Origin: Octopus bimaculoides
Lineage: Eukaryota
Direction of reading: 5' to 3'
Length of the DNA stretch: 35,753 bases
Assembly (NCBI RefSeq): GCF_001194135.2
Contig: NC_068989.1
Coordinates: 38,922,375 to 38,958,127, forward strand
Positions 10,613 to 23,551 of the stretch are shown piece by piece. A program made the position numbers and the translations under genes. The first letter of the stretch is position 1. The number at the start of each line of letters is the position of its first letter. The notes beneath the pieces are model-generated. The model saw only the letters and a program-made list of their open reading frames with translations. It searched no databases and had not been told where the DNA came from.

Positions 10613-11046
10613 AATTAAAATATGCCAGCATTTACTTGATGATATATATGCATATCTCTGTGTGTGTGTATATGTATGCATGTAATATATACATGTATGT
10701 ATATGTGCTCTTGAGCATATATGCTTGTATTTGCTTGTGATGTGAGTGCAGGTGTGTATACATGTGACAAAGTTTCATTCTTTTTTCTGTCTTCCTATAA
10801 TTAACACATATAACATTGTTGCAAGATGTATTCTGGTAGCATCCGTGCATTGTTTAGGAAAATTGCCAGTTGCCACTTAATGGTGTGATGTGTTCACATT
10901 GTTACCTTACCCTATCACTGTTGCCACATTTTTATTATTGATGGGGGGAAAAAAGTAAAAGCACCTCCATGAATAATTGAAATGATTTTGAAAGTATGAT
11001 ATTAGATGTTACTGCTTCCTGAACTAAATCAATTTATGGCAATAAT

Positions 11047-11059
11047 AATGATGATGATG

Positions 11060-11099
<40 letters not shown>

Positions 11100-11130
11100 C
11101 AACAACAACATTTATTATTACTATTATTAT
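11047..11130. repeat. Compound (GAT)n(AAT)n(AAC)n trinucleotide microsatellite
   Basis: Direct reading. Confidence 0.93.
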
Positions 11131-11149
11131 AGAAGAAGCAATGCAAAAC

Positions 11150-11183
11150 AAATGATACATATATAATATTTATGTGTATGTGC

Positions 11184-11221
<38 letters not shown>

Positions 11222-11525
11222 GTGTATACATGTATACCTTTATAAGCATCTAACAGTATACACATATAGATGGAGGCATATGCACACAGATGTTTGTATG
11301 AATGCATATAAATTTATTGATCTATAAATACATATATACATATGTGTGTGTGTGTGTGTGTGTATAGATGTAGATATAGATAGAGAACTGCTTATATATA
11401 TGTACAGTGTACAGATACATACAGATATATCTGCATACACACACATTCTGCACACACACACACACACAAGTGTGTGTGTGTGTGTGTGTGTGTAGATACA
11501 TACAAACAGACACATATGTGTATGC
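11150..11525. repeat. Cluster of TA/TG/CA microsatellites
   Basis: Direct reading; source of several spurious ORFs. Confidence 0.9.
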
Positions 11526-12774
11526 ATTTAAATTGATGATGATCATGATGATATTTTAAATAAGCATACTTTTTTCTTTTTCTTTTACAGTTCATGTGTA
11601 GTTAAGCGATTTAAGCTCGCATAATTACTATATGATGTCTGCTCTATTCATGACAATATGAACTCTTCAATTATATTCATTTCATATTTCTAGTGTGATA
11701 TCTCTCATCCACTTGACCTTTGCTTTCTTTAGACTTGAAGAAAAATACCAAAAAAAGTGCTATTTTTATTCTTGTTGTTGGTATTAAATAAATTATGAAT
11801 AACTATGTGCTCTATGTGTCTTATGATAGGAGACTATGTGACAGTGGAGGTGGTATTAATGAACTCCAGTTTCTTAGCTAATATGGCTTAGCTACTAATA
11901 TGATAATAGATTTAAGTATTTCTTACTGTCAAATGAACTGGAAATTTGTGAAATTCCTTATTTTTCTCAAGTTGTAATGTTAATGAAATGGCACTAACTT
12001 GGAATTAACAATTTTGCTAAAAACCTTTATTTCTGGGAAACTTTCTGCTGCTGTTTCAGCTAGGAGCCAACTTCATCAGCCAAAGTTAAGAAATAGCATT
12101 ATAAAGAAACTAACCACACCAGCAGTAACAATAGTAACCATTTGTACTGTTCTTGATTAAAAACTATGAATAAAATAAGAATAAAATGACAAAAGGTTTC
12201 AAGAATAATTGTATTTGTCAGGGTTTTAGAATTTATTGATCTTTACTTCAAATAATTAGTAAATCTTCAAACTGGTCAGTGATTAGACATCATGTGAATA
12301 AACTACACAACAGATAAGAAGTAAGTAGAGATCCTGCTGCAGGTAGTATATGGATTTAGCAGGAGAATTAGAATGCCATCTGGATCAGAAAAATTCTTCA
12401 ATGCCTCCTTGAATAATGGAAGATTTATAAAGAATAATAATATTACACTAGATAAAGAAACATAGATATGACAAATAGACAAAACACTTACTATAAATAC
12501 CTAGAAAATAATGAAGCAAAGAAAGTAAAACAATACACAATTGAAAGGAAAAATTAGAAAGAAATATTATAAAATGAATGTAATGAATATAATATTATAA
12601 AATGAAGGTTAATAAACTAAAAAGTAATGACACAATAAGCATCACTATTTTAGCTATCTCAGATATAGTTATCATATTCTCAACTGGATGTTAAATGAAT
12701 TAGCATGACTAGACAGAAAAATAATAAAATATTAACTGAATTAAAAATGCCAACATTTTTGTCTTTCTGTCTGT

Positions 12775-12804
12775 TTATCTGTATGTATGTATGCATGTAT
12801 ATAT

Positions 12805-12845
<41 letters not shown>

Positions 12846-12852
12846 CACACAC
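12775..12852. repeat. (TATG)n-(CA)n microsatellite
   Basis: Direct reading. Confidence 0.93.
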
Positions 12853-13159
12853 ATCTATTCATTCTCAATATGCTCTGGCAGATTTAAAAGTGAATATTTG
12901 ATTACTGTTGTTTTCATCATTGGAGAACATCTCCCTTTAGATGATATACTTTCATAACACTTATGATTCACTAGTGTATGCGTGTACATAATCTCCAGGG
13001 GAAGATGTACTCCTTTGATGAGAAAAAACTAAAAAAAAAAACTGATCAATCTACCAGAACATATTGAGAATGAATAGATACGTTATTAATCCAATTTTTG
13101 CTCCTTTTGTATGCACCTCTGAAATTGCAAACATATTAGTGTGTTTGTGTGTGTATATG

Positions 13160-13330
13160 TATCATTATCATCATTTTTAGCATTCACTTTTCCCCACTTG
13201 CATAATTAGTTGAAGCTTATTGAGGCAGATTTTCTATGGCTAGATGCCCATCCTGTCACTAACCCTCATTCGCTTCCATGATAGACAATATTTCCCATGG
13301 CCAAGCATATTGGAAACGAATGACACTGGT
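13160..13330 (-). mobile_element. SINE-like repeat (family C) 3' part
   Basis: Reverse complement reads ...gtgacaggatgggcatctagccatagaaaatctgcctcaataagc...gcaagtggggaaaagtgaatgctaaaaatgatgat, the same tail type as 10490-10612. Confidence 0.7.
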
Positions 13331-13420
13331 TGTTTGACAAAACAGTCAACTATAACTATCATGTTATATCAAGACAAGGAGATACAAACACACACACGTG
13401 CAATATAAACTTATTTAATA

Positions 13421-13510
13421 GGCTTCTTTTAATTTCTGTTCATCAAATCCTCTCACAAGTCTTTGGTTTGCTCAGGGTTATAATAGAAGATTCATGCCAT
13501 GGGGCCATAC
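13421..13510 (-). mobile_element. SINE family A fragment
   Basis: Reverse complement aligns with 4074-4152 (tatag...aaagccttgtga...gacagaaactgaaagaagcc). Confidence 0.65.
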
Positions 13511-13629
13511 AGTTGGATTGATTTCTTATCACACAACAACACCTGTACCTATATGTGTGTATGTGCATGTCAATATGTGTATATATATGTATGTATGTTT
13601 GTATGTATTTATGTTCAAGAGTTAAATTT

Positions 13630-13860
13630 GCTATATGCTTCAAGGGTAAGTAAACTCAATACTCCGGAGAAAGGACTTGAGCTGAGAAAACTGAGAGTAA
13701 GTTAGCATAAGTCACTGGACTTCTGTGTCATTCTCAAAAAAAAATCATGAATTTTCACTCTCCAGAAAAATCCATGATTGCAGACACAAGTAAGTATAGA
13801 ATATGGAGAGAGAGTAGATCTACAGAATCTAAAACTGAGCCTCAACCACAATAATGTGAG
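13630..13860 (-). mobile_element. Possible very old LINE RT relic
   Basis: Minus strand has ggctcagttttag (GSVL-like) followed about 110 nt later by gaatgacacaga (DDT-like); weak. Confidence 0.35.
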
Positions 13861-14054
13861 TGGGGGGGGGGGGCGGATAGAGAGAGGTTATGGATGTTAA
13901 CCCTCCTCTGATTAACAAATAAAATAAGATTGTATTACCAGAGAATCCATAGATATTTAATGGTTAATATACAAATAAATATTGAATACAGCAAAATCTA
14001 TTACCTCACCCATTACTGTGAGTAAGAATAAGAACCTGTGCTAATCTTGCTGTA

Positions 14055-14099
14055 TATCTATCTATCTATCTATCTATTCATCTATCTATCTATCTATCC

Positions 14100-14131
<32 letters not shown>

Positions 14132-14150
14132 GTCTGTCTGTCTGTCTCTG
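14055..14150. repeat. (TATC)n-(TGTC)n tetranucleotide microsatellite
   Basis: Direct reading. Confidence 0.95.
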
Positions 14151-15679
14151 CATGGTAAAGTGGATGCTAAAATGATGATAATGATAATGTGTGTATGTAT
14201 GTGCATGCAAGCACTTACATATTTACACGTGCAAACATAAATGCATAGATAACATTCGTGCTTTTGCAATCCAAGAACAAGATATAGCTGCAAAATATGT
14301 GTTGAACAAAAGATACTGTGAAATGTATAAACCTCAGAGATATAATTGAAAATCCTGATTATACCCCATTTGTGGGGAAGATATTACACGCAATCTGCTG
14401 TTGGCCCAAAATATTATTAATGTCCTACTTTCCAATGTAAGCATCATGCCCTTGCTTAAACAATATGGAATACCATCCATCGGAAAGAGCTTTCTTGAAT
14501 AAATATATAAAAAATATTTCTGTTTTTGAGTACATACATTTCAATGCAAGGAATATCAAGATATCATTCCAATCAAAATTTCTACTAAATGAAAGCTTAA
14601 TTAATCTACTATAGCTGTGTAAGACAGAAAAGAAAAATAATAATTATGTACAATATTTACAGTGTTTAAAATTATGAACTGTATATAGAGATCAGGCTAC
14701 CTTGCAGATATGAACATTTCTTTCAAAGTCAAGCAGAAAACAAATATTTATAGACAACTGATCAGGTTTTGAAGTTAATGCCATCTGAAGCAGATGAGGT
14801 GTCCAGTACCAAAGAGTGACAGAAATAGCCTGAAACCAGAACTAGTCTACTGGTCCCATTTCTAGAAAGTGGTAGAGGTTTGCTCCCCTGCTTGCAATTT
14901 ATTGGACGCAGCTCTGCATCATTAGCTAGAGATGTACTCTTGGGGTTAAAAAATTGCAGTAGTGTCTGTTTGAATGAACAGCTATGTTGAAGTGGCTACG
15001 AATATTACTTCTCAGTACAACTAGTGTGTTGATTTCTTAGAGATTTTAGAATTAGCATTTTTGCTTAAGAATATTTAACTATATAAATGCAGTAGAATTT
15101 TTTTTGTTTCATATACATCGAATGACTGGAGGTCCTGTAGAAGAAAATAGGAATCAAAGAGTTCCATAGGCAAAATGTGCTTGAGAACCACTGACCTAAA
15201 TTATCAATTCCTGTTTTCACGATCATCTTTGGTCCAGCTGATTACATTAATTATGTTTCTATTTGTCTAACTGGTATTTCTTCAAAGTAGGACTTCCACA
15301 AAAACAAAGTAACTGGCTTATACACACTTTATAAATTCAATTTTTAAACCGAACAATAAAAATATGCAAGACTTTTATAAAGTTGAAAGCATAGCACTTT
15401 ATTGTTTTTGCGTCTCTGTTAGAAAATTTTTTCTGCTTTAGTATAAATTCCAATGATTAAAAAAAAAAATATATATATAAAAGCATTCCTACAAAATGGT
15501 GTGTATTTGCATGGTTGTGTGGGTTTTATAGTCTTAAAATATTTACTTTATCACATTACGAAAAACAAAATATTTGTTCCAACAATTCAGAAGCAAATAT
15601 CAAAGTTTACCAAGACATTTCCACTCAAAACCAGCTAACTGTTAAGTCACAGAATAAAGAATTTATATTTATATGTGTA

Positions 15680-15741
15680 TATACACATGTATATACATAT
15701 ACACATATAGTAATATACATACATACATAAACACACACGTG

Positions 15742-15786
<45 letters not shown>
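15680..15786. repeat. TA/CA microsatellite
   Basis: Direct reading. Confidence 0.9.
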
Positions 15787-15790
<4 letters not shown>

Positions 15791-16004
15791 TTTAATTTAT
15801 AAGGCCATCTCTTTAATTTTTCTTTGATTTCCAAATTACATTCCATTGTTTCACTGTTGTAAGATAGTGAGTAGTTTATCAATTTCTTCAAATAATTCTG
15901 CCAGTTTCTGTTAGATTGCTTTTTCAACTCTGTTAATTAGAATGTATTTATTTTGCACTTGTTGTTCTTCTTGTTTGATCATCTTCAGGCAGCTTGAATG
16001 AAAT

Positions 16005-16285
16005 ACACATGTGCACACACACATACTCACACTCACGCACACACCACACACACACACATACACACACACATATTTACACACATTTACATGTACATTATAT
16101 TTTGAAAATTTGAGTAATGTCTGTACACATGTATGCACAAGCATATTCATATTGGCTACATTGCATTCACTAACATATTCACACACAAGCACATATAGTT
16201 ATGCAAATGCTTTTGAGTAACTAACTGTTCACCCCACACAGCACATGCACACACACATGTGCACAATAACATCTTTAATATATGT

Positions 16286-16326
<41 letters not shown>

Positions 16327-16352
16327 ATGTCCGGCAAGGTTATCAGTTTCTA

Positions 16353-16396
<44 letters not shown>

Positions 16397-16550
16397 CAAG
16401 TGTGCACATGCATGTATGTAAAATATATATATATATATATACATACATACACATGCACACATATACATGAAAACACATATACTACAATGCACAGAGACAT
16501 ACACACAATCTTGCAGACATAGGCACTTACAAACACACACACCTATAAGC
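16005..16550. repeat. Extended CA/TG/TA microsatellite cluster
   Basis: Direct reading. Confidence 0.88.
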
Positions 16551-16880
16551 CATCAACAGAACCATTGAAGCAAGAATCTCTGTTAAGCTATGCAACTAAG
16601 CAGACAAAATACAATTCCTAATTCACTAAATATTAGACATTGCTTTTCTTTTCCCATTTTTTTCTCACTTTGTTTCTAATTTAACTTTTATTATTGTTTA
16701 TATTTGTTGTTTCTTCTTTCTTTTTGATAATTTTTTTGTTTCTTTTTGACTTTCAGTCTTTGTCCTTGCATGCATTATATGTATTAAAACCTACATGTTT
16801 TGAATCATTAACTGTGAAATTTGGGTTTGAAAGTGAGAGAGTCACACGGTGTAGATGGAGTTAGAGAAACTGACACAGTG

Positions 16881-16881
<1 letters not shown>

Positions 16882-16935
<54 letters not shown>

Positions 16936-16937
16936 TA
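16882..16937. repeat. (TC)n(TA)n compound microsatellite
   Basis: Direct reading. Confidence 0.95.
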
Positions 16938-17613
16938 TGTTCCCTTGCAACTTAAACATTCAGCTTTATTAGTATTCTCCTTCACCTTCCCTCCACACAC
17001 ACATCTGAACTTGCACTGTGATTTGATGGATTCTCTGGCAACTCTCCAAAGCACTGCAGCACAATTTCACACTTTGCAATTTAAATGTTTACCTCCCTCA
17101 ACTCTAACCCCACAAACCCCTATTTACCATCTCACCCTCTTTCTATTTGATACTTCACTAATATTGCTGCTGTTGTCGAAACTACCTTTATTGTTATCAC
17201 TGTTGTATAATTGTTATCATCATGAACATCAAAGAAATACAAAAACACAAAGTGAAAACAATGCAAAACAAGATATGTAGTTTGTACTGTTAACATATTT
17301 TAAATCGTTTAATAAGATCATCATATTTGTGTGTTACTGCAAACACACATATCTACATACATAATGCACTCTCACCTGGTTTCAATAAACACTAAAGATG
17401 AATGAGTGAGAGAACCTCTACATGGTCAATCAATTGTTAGAAATAGAAGCCAAATGTTGCTACAATTATACTCTAGCATTGGTTGGCTTGTGACTACAAT
17501 AATGATACAACTGTTCAAGTTTTCACACAGTCTAATAAAATCAGAAACCACATGGTAACAAAGTAAGTGCCATATAGACACAATCATGTTTGCACTATAT
17601 ACAAATTTACACA

Positions 17614-17616
<3 letters not shown>

Positions 17617-17672
<56 letters not shown>
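17617..17672. repeat. (TA)n microsatellite
   Basis: Direct reading. Confidence 0.97.
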
Positions 17673-17675
<3 letters not shown>

Positions 17676-19122
17676 GGCCATACACTTCATCTTCACCATC
17701 ATTTTATGCATGGTCTCTATAGTGATATGCATTGGATATGTCATGAACTGATATGTCATAATGGGAGCTACTGCTCTCATACAACCTGGTGCATTTTATT
17801 ATGGCACCAATACCAGAGAGGTTGTTATGTCCTTGGAGAGACATGACTAAAGAGACATCTCTTCAATTCCTCTTATTCTCTACTTTCTTGCCAAATTGCT
17901 CTGTGCAAGGAGAGGGATGGCATTTCACTATGATGCTGACATAAGAGGGGTTTCTTTGTGTACAGTTGGTATAAAGAGGACTCACTACCCTTATGCATGT
18001 ATGTTCACTCAATGTAATGAGACCAAGGAATGAAATTGGAGTGATGATCTAAACAGATATAGATATAAATTTGAAATTTTCTGCAGCATTAATCTGTCAA
18101 AAATATATATTTTGGGTAAATTGCCAACTTTTGCAATGATTCCAAATATATTATGGTCCCAACCAATTGTTGTTGAAGTTCTTTAGTCCCAGTTTTGTCC
18201 TTATCCATTAGATTTAAGATAAAAAATTTCCAATTGTGAAGGACCCTTCTTTATTTTTGCAGACAAACTATATTATCCTATGTAGGACTTAACAACAGGT
18301 GGACTGCAGCCCACTAGTGGACCACTGTCATGTTTTCTAAGAAGCCTTGCATTTTTATTAAAGCTTCTTCAAATTTAATATATTTGTGAGCCATTGAGCA
18401 GTCGATCGCTTTTAGATAGTTTTTGTATGTATAATTGTTTATAGAACTTTAATTTGGAATGAGTTCCCTACCCTTCCTCTTTGATGTTAACCAGTATCCC
18501 ATTTAATGTATGCTATGTAATAACTGATTTAAAATGTGATCTTATGACTACATTGTTATCATCTAAGTGTATTAATATCAGTTACTTCTCATAACTGGTT
18601 AGCACAACACAAAAGCCATCCTACAGAAGCTTGATCTGCTAAAGGTAACAGGTTGAGTAATGTTTCTAAGATAGAGCAACATAGTGAGAAATGTAATTCT
18701 TGATTCAAAATGGCCACATCTGGTTGGTATTATCTCTTCTAATCTTTCAAATGACAAAGAACTCAATGGCCAGATATGTTTTTATGGCAATTGTAAACTG
18801 AAGCAGTGTACAAACAATGCCAAGACAATAAGATGACATTAATGCATACTCATTCGCAAGGTCATACACGCATGCACACACACTCACATACGACAGGCTT
18901 CTCACAGTTTCTACCTACCAACTCTATGCTTAAACAATTTGTTGCTATGACATTGGAGAAAAAGAAAGACACTTTTCTCAAGTGCCATGTAGAGGGAATG
19001 AACTCTAAACCATGTAGTTGCTGAGTGAATTTCTTAATCACATGATCATGCCAATGCCTAATGTAATGTTTTCTCAGACAATTTTTAGAAAACATTTATC
19101 AATCTATTGCAAGCATTATACA

Positions 19123-19153
<31 letters not shown>

Positions 19154-19376
19154 TTACACCTGCAGAAACACCTGTCATTCACTGGGTTGAAAGGAGCTGC
19201 CAAAATTGTGCTATGAATATTGAAAGTTATTCACTTAAATTGTGTTGAACATATATAAGAAATAGTTGTTAACTTTCATGTAGATGATAGAGCTGTTTTC
19301 TTCTAGCTAATATTATCATGAGTGCATATAAACTTCTGATCTATGATCTGTAATATTTCAGTCTATATATGAAGCA

Positions 19377-19691
19377 NNNNNNNNNNNNNNNNNNNNNNNN
19401 NNNNNNNNNNNNNNNNNNNNNNNNNNNNNNNNNNNNNNNNNNNNNNNNNNNNNNNNNNNNNNNNNNNNNNNNNNNNNNNNNNNNNNNNNNNNNNNNNNNN
19501 NNNNNNNNNNNNNNNNNNNNNNNNNNNNNNNNNNNNNNNNNNNNNNNNNNNNNNNNNNNNNNNNNNNNNNNNNNNNNNNNNNNNNNNNNNNNNNNNNNNN
19601 NNNNNNNNNNNNNNNNNNNNNNNNNNNNNNNNNNNNNNNNNNNNNNNNNNNNNNNNNNNNNNNNNNNNNNNNNNNNNNNNNNNNNNNNNNN
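19377..19691. other. Assembly gap (315 N)
   Basis: N run; probably hides the Helitron 3' end. Confidence 1.
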
Positions 19692-21420
19692 AGACAATGT
19701 TTCGGGTTTTACCAGTAGGGGTAAAAATAAAAGATTGTTCTTGTTCCCCACTCTGGATGTCCCAATATATAACTGATCGTGTGAAAAACAATCCTCTTCT
19801 AGTTGCAAATCAGCAACTTTCAAAGTCTGACCTTGAAACTTATTAATGGATATCACAAAAGACAGACATATTGGAAATTGAAGTCATTTGAATTCGAAGG
19901 GCATATTCGAAGGGCATATTCGAAGGTAATAAAAGTAAGCAAGGAATAATTGACTATATTTGATTCATTCACAATAGAGCCTATAGATTTGTAAGAATGT
20001 TCATTTCCTGGTAAAAGTTTCTCAAGTTTTTCATTCAAATTATTCACAGTAATGTTCATTGGTGCCATGATTGCTCATTCGTACAACCAAGCAGCATTTG
20101 TGTAATTTGAAATTATACTTGGAAAAGCTTTTTCAATAAGTTCCTCAACCGAGCTGACCAAGGTGCAGATTTTTGATGGATTCAAGTCACCTTCCTGATT
20201 GATATCTAGCCTTCCTTCTCCAAGTTGCAAAATAGTATGGGCAAATAGTTTCGACAGATGATTCTTATGCAAATGTGCCTTCATATTTGTAGAAAGCTTT
20301 AACACTTTGATATGTTTCCATAAATTAGATTTCAAGCATGCTTTCAATTCGTCCACCTTTATTCCCCTGGGAATCACTGGCAAAGTTTGCCTGAAATCAT
20401 CTGAAAGTACTACTGTCATACCTCATATCAAACAAGTGGAATTGCACAAATCTTGTAGCATTCTGTTAACAGCTTCTACTGATTTTTTTTGATGGGACAT
20501 TGTAGCCTTGTCTCATATGATCAAAGAACATTTCATGAGAACTTGAGTTAAAGGAGCGCTTTTATTAGTATTGCAGACAGGTTCATCATTTGAAGTTAAA
20601 TTGAATAGCAGCTTGAATGCTGCATGAGTTTTTCGACCTCCTGGGAGGCTATTTCTTTTTTCTGCCGGACTTTGGCTAGCACTAAATTTGTAACAAAAGT
20701 TTTTCCAGTTCCTCCTGATGTGTCTAAAAAATATAATCCTCCTCTCTTATGTGTCACTTGGTCAATGACTGGTGTATATGCAAGTTGTTGGTCGGGCAAA
20801 AGTTTCAGGACATTTTCTTCAAGGAATCTTGCTAATGAATCAATATCATATGAAGTTTCTCACAAAACTTCTGTGATCAAATTATTCACCTCCTTTCAAT
20901 GAGTTTAAGGTAAGCCAAACTTGCCGAGCTGCTCTTCTCTCATTGAGACAACACAATCTTCAATATCTTCAGAATTATATATATCATTGTTGAATGCTAT
21001 TTTTCTCTCAGGGAATCTTAATTGTGCTTGATATTTGTAGTCTTCTGATAAATCATTCTTATATTTGTGTTACAATGCTAATGGGTTACTTACTTCACAA
21101 TTCAGGAGAAGAATTGCAAAAAGATCTCTCAAAATAACAGGTATGTGTGACACTGAAGCCTCAGCAATTGTTCTATCCCACTGATTGTCATCTTCTAACA
21201 TATTTAAGGCTAAATAGGTTTCTCCTATAAGTATGAGCAGTTTGACCATCAATCATTCTTAGGAAAGGAGAAGGAAGTCGATCCTCTTATTTCATGAGGA
21301 AGCAGCCCCAAAAAGAAACATTCATAGTAACTCGGATGCACAGAATTAACTCTTCCGATTGTCGAGTCAAATAATTTTATACTTGGATGACCCTCAACAT
21401 CAGCTCCTCTTTTTTTATAG
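19692..21420 (-). pseudogene. Helitron RepHel coding relic (post-Rep region and PIF1-family helicase), many stops, frameshifts and deletions
   Basis: IGRVNSVHPSYYECFFLGLLPHEIRGSTSF (post-Rep block), GGLYFLDTSGGTGKTFVTNLVLAKVR (Walker A), [44 protein letters not shown]. Confidence 0.93.
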
Positions 21421-22002
21421 TAATAGAAAATAATACAGGTTATTACAGTTATACACACACACATAGACACACACACACACACACACACTCGCGCGTTATT
21501 ATGTGTGTCATTATATTACATATATGGCATACCTACAGAAGAGTGATCCACTGAATTTGTTTCTTCCTCTGTTTGGGGAAATGAGTATTTTCAAATGAAA
21601 AGTTTTACAAATATGCTGGAGTGAGAGAGGAAAATAACAGCTGGCCTCATTCATTCTGATGTGGAATATGTGAAACAAAGGAAAAATGTTGGAGTGAAAT
21701 ATAAGCTATGGTCTCTATCCTGAGGGTATGCCAGGAACAATGTGAAGGTGATCTTCTACAGATATAAATATGGAACAAATGTAAAATAATACTTATCAAG
21801 TAATACTTATAGCAAAATGAAGTAATGGAACTTAATACAGTTATACGCTGCCCCCTACACATTATTATCTGTGTTGTTATATTACACATATGGCATACCT
21901 ACAGAAGAGTGCCTCACTGTATTTTGAAATAAAATGAAGAAATATAATAATCCTATAAAAATTATGTCCTTAGGCAGGTTATTCATTTTCAATTTGGTTT
22001 CA

Positions 22003-23551
22003 TTTGGTTTCCCAGCTATCCTCCTCAAATCATGCAAATGTGCCCTGGCAAAACCACTACAAATTCTCTTCCAGAGTTTTCTTGCAAATGGCAAGCTGCC
22101 AAACAAACTGATGGAGGGAATAATATACTCAATCCATGAAGGAAGAAGCAGAACAGATGCCAACAATTATTGGCCTATGTCTCTAACTTCATACATCAGC
22201 AAAGTCATGGGACAAATAGTCAGAGGGAGACTAATTGAATTTCTTGAAGAAAACGACTTGCTGAGTGATACCCAGTATGGTTTTTGACCAGATAGGTGCT
22301 ACCTGACACAGTTCCTACAGCACTATGATTGGGTGTTGAGCAGTTACTCGACAACTCAAATGTGGATGTAATATAGCCTGACTTTGCAAAAGCTTTTGAT
22401 ATATTTGATAATGGTATGAATGCCACAAACTGCATGATTTTGGTATAAGTGGAAAACTTGGAGAGTGGTTACATGACTTTCTGAAAGATAGAAGTCAGGC
22501 AGTGGTGGCCAATGGAGCCACCTCAAAGGAAATACAAATAGTGCCCTCAGCTGCCCGGATAGCTATTCTTGCTAGCTATGCAGACGATATGAAAGTCTCA
22601 CGGAAGATACAAAACCCTAGGGGTGTTGCTTGCCTGCAGCAGGAGTTGGATGCAATTTACAGATGAGCTAAAGACAGTAATATGCAGTTTAATGCTTGAA
22701 AATTCCAAGCCCTGCACTACCAGCACCCAAAAACCGAACGAAAAACTTACAGGGTACACTGGACCGGGGGAAATTAAAATCCCAGAGCCTAAACCAGTGC
22801 ATGACCCGGGTATTGACATGAGTGATGATACCTCTTTCCAAGTGCACGTTACCAAGTTGGTGACAAAGAGCATACAGCTGGCTGGCTGGATCCTGAGTAC
22901 CTTCAAAACCAGAGAAAAGGAAATCATGATGGGCCTCTGGAGGACATTTGCCTGGACTACTGCCCCCAGCTATGGTCAACCCACAATGTAAAATTACCAG
23001 CAGACCTTGAAGCAATCCAGCAAAGCTTCACAAAAGAAGATTGTCTTATTGCAACAGCTCAGTTACTGAGAATGACTGAAATAGCTAAGACTCTACTCTC
23101 TGAAACAAAGGTGGGAGAGATATGCACTAATATACATCTGGAAGATCCTGGAAGAGATTGTGCCAAATTTTTGGCATTGAAAGCCACACAAGTGCCAGAA
23201 CGAGTCACCACTGCACAGTGCCAAAGATCACAATAATGCCATCACACTTCAGGACCAGTTACTGCAACAACCTGGGTTTCAAGGGTCCACAGCTTTTTAA
23301 TATTCTCCCAAAGAGCCTGAAGGGCCTACACAAAATGGATGTAGGTGTTTTCAAAACAAAACTGGATCTGTTTCTGTTGAGAGTCTCCGATCAACCTACC
23401 TCATGGAAAGAGGCACAAATGAGGGTAACAACATTAGACTCCCTAATTCATCAGATGCCACATATCAGAGGAGGCTCTCAATGATAACAGTGTTGCAAAA
23501 TGGTGGTGCTCAAGCATGGCTGCAGCTTTGAGCTGAAACCAGAAAAAAAAA
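22003..23551 (+). mobile_element. 5'-truncated CR1-group LINE (RT, C-terminus, short 3' UTR and A tail)
   Basis: GFPAILLKSC...NYWPMSLTSYISKVM...LLSDTQYGF*P, DFAKAFD, SYADDMK; C-terminus ends at the stop at 23484; short 3' UTR then A-run. The GVPQG block is deleted near 22541. Confidence 0.9.

Noticed and set aside
13638-13800. Three gtaagt donor sites in 150 bp
   Set aside because: No matching acceptor or open exon; the region is better explained as a minus-strand LINE relic.
13861-13876. G-run as a G-quadruplex or regulatory site
   Set aside because: A single homopolymer with no supporting context.
15181-15193. ttgagaaccactg as a hAT/Charlie-type right TIR
   Set aside because: No matching left TIR or 8-bp TSD could be found.
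16855-17280. 141-aa ORF
   Set aside because: Starts across a TC/TA microsatellite, is low-complexity and has no recognisable domain.
17675-17846. Hydrophobic stretch AIHFIFTIILCMVSIVICIGYVMN*YVIMG resembling a transmembrane segment
   Set aside because: In-frame stop, no pyrimidine tract at the acceptor, and AT-rich codons are hydrophobic by default.
19341-19856. Long ORFs spanning N gaps (also 33826-34713)
   Set aside because: Their length comes from untranslatable Ns; only the Helitron and Tc1 flanks are meaningful.
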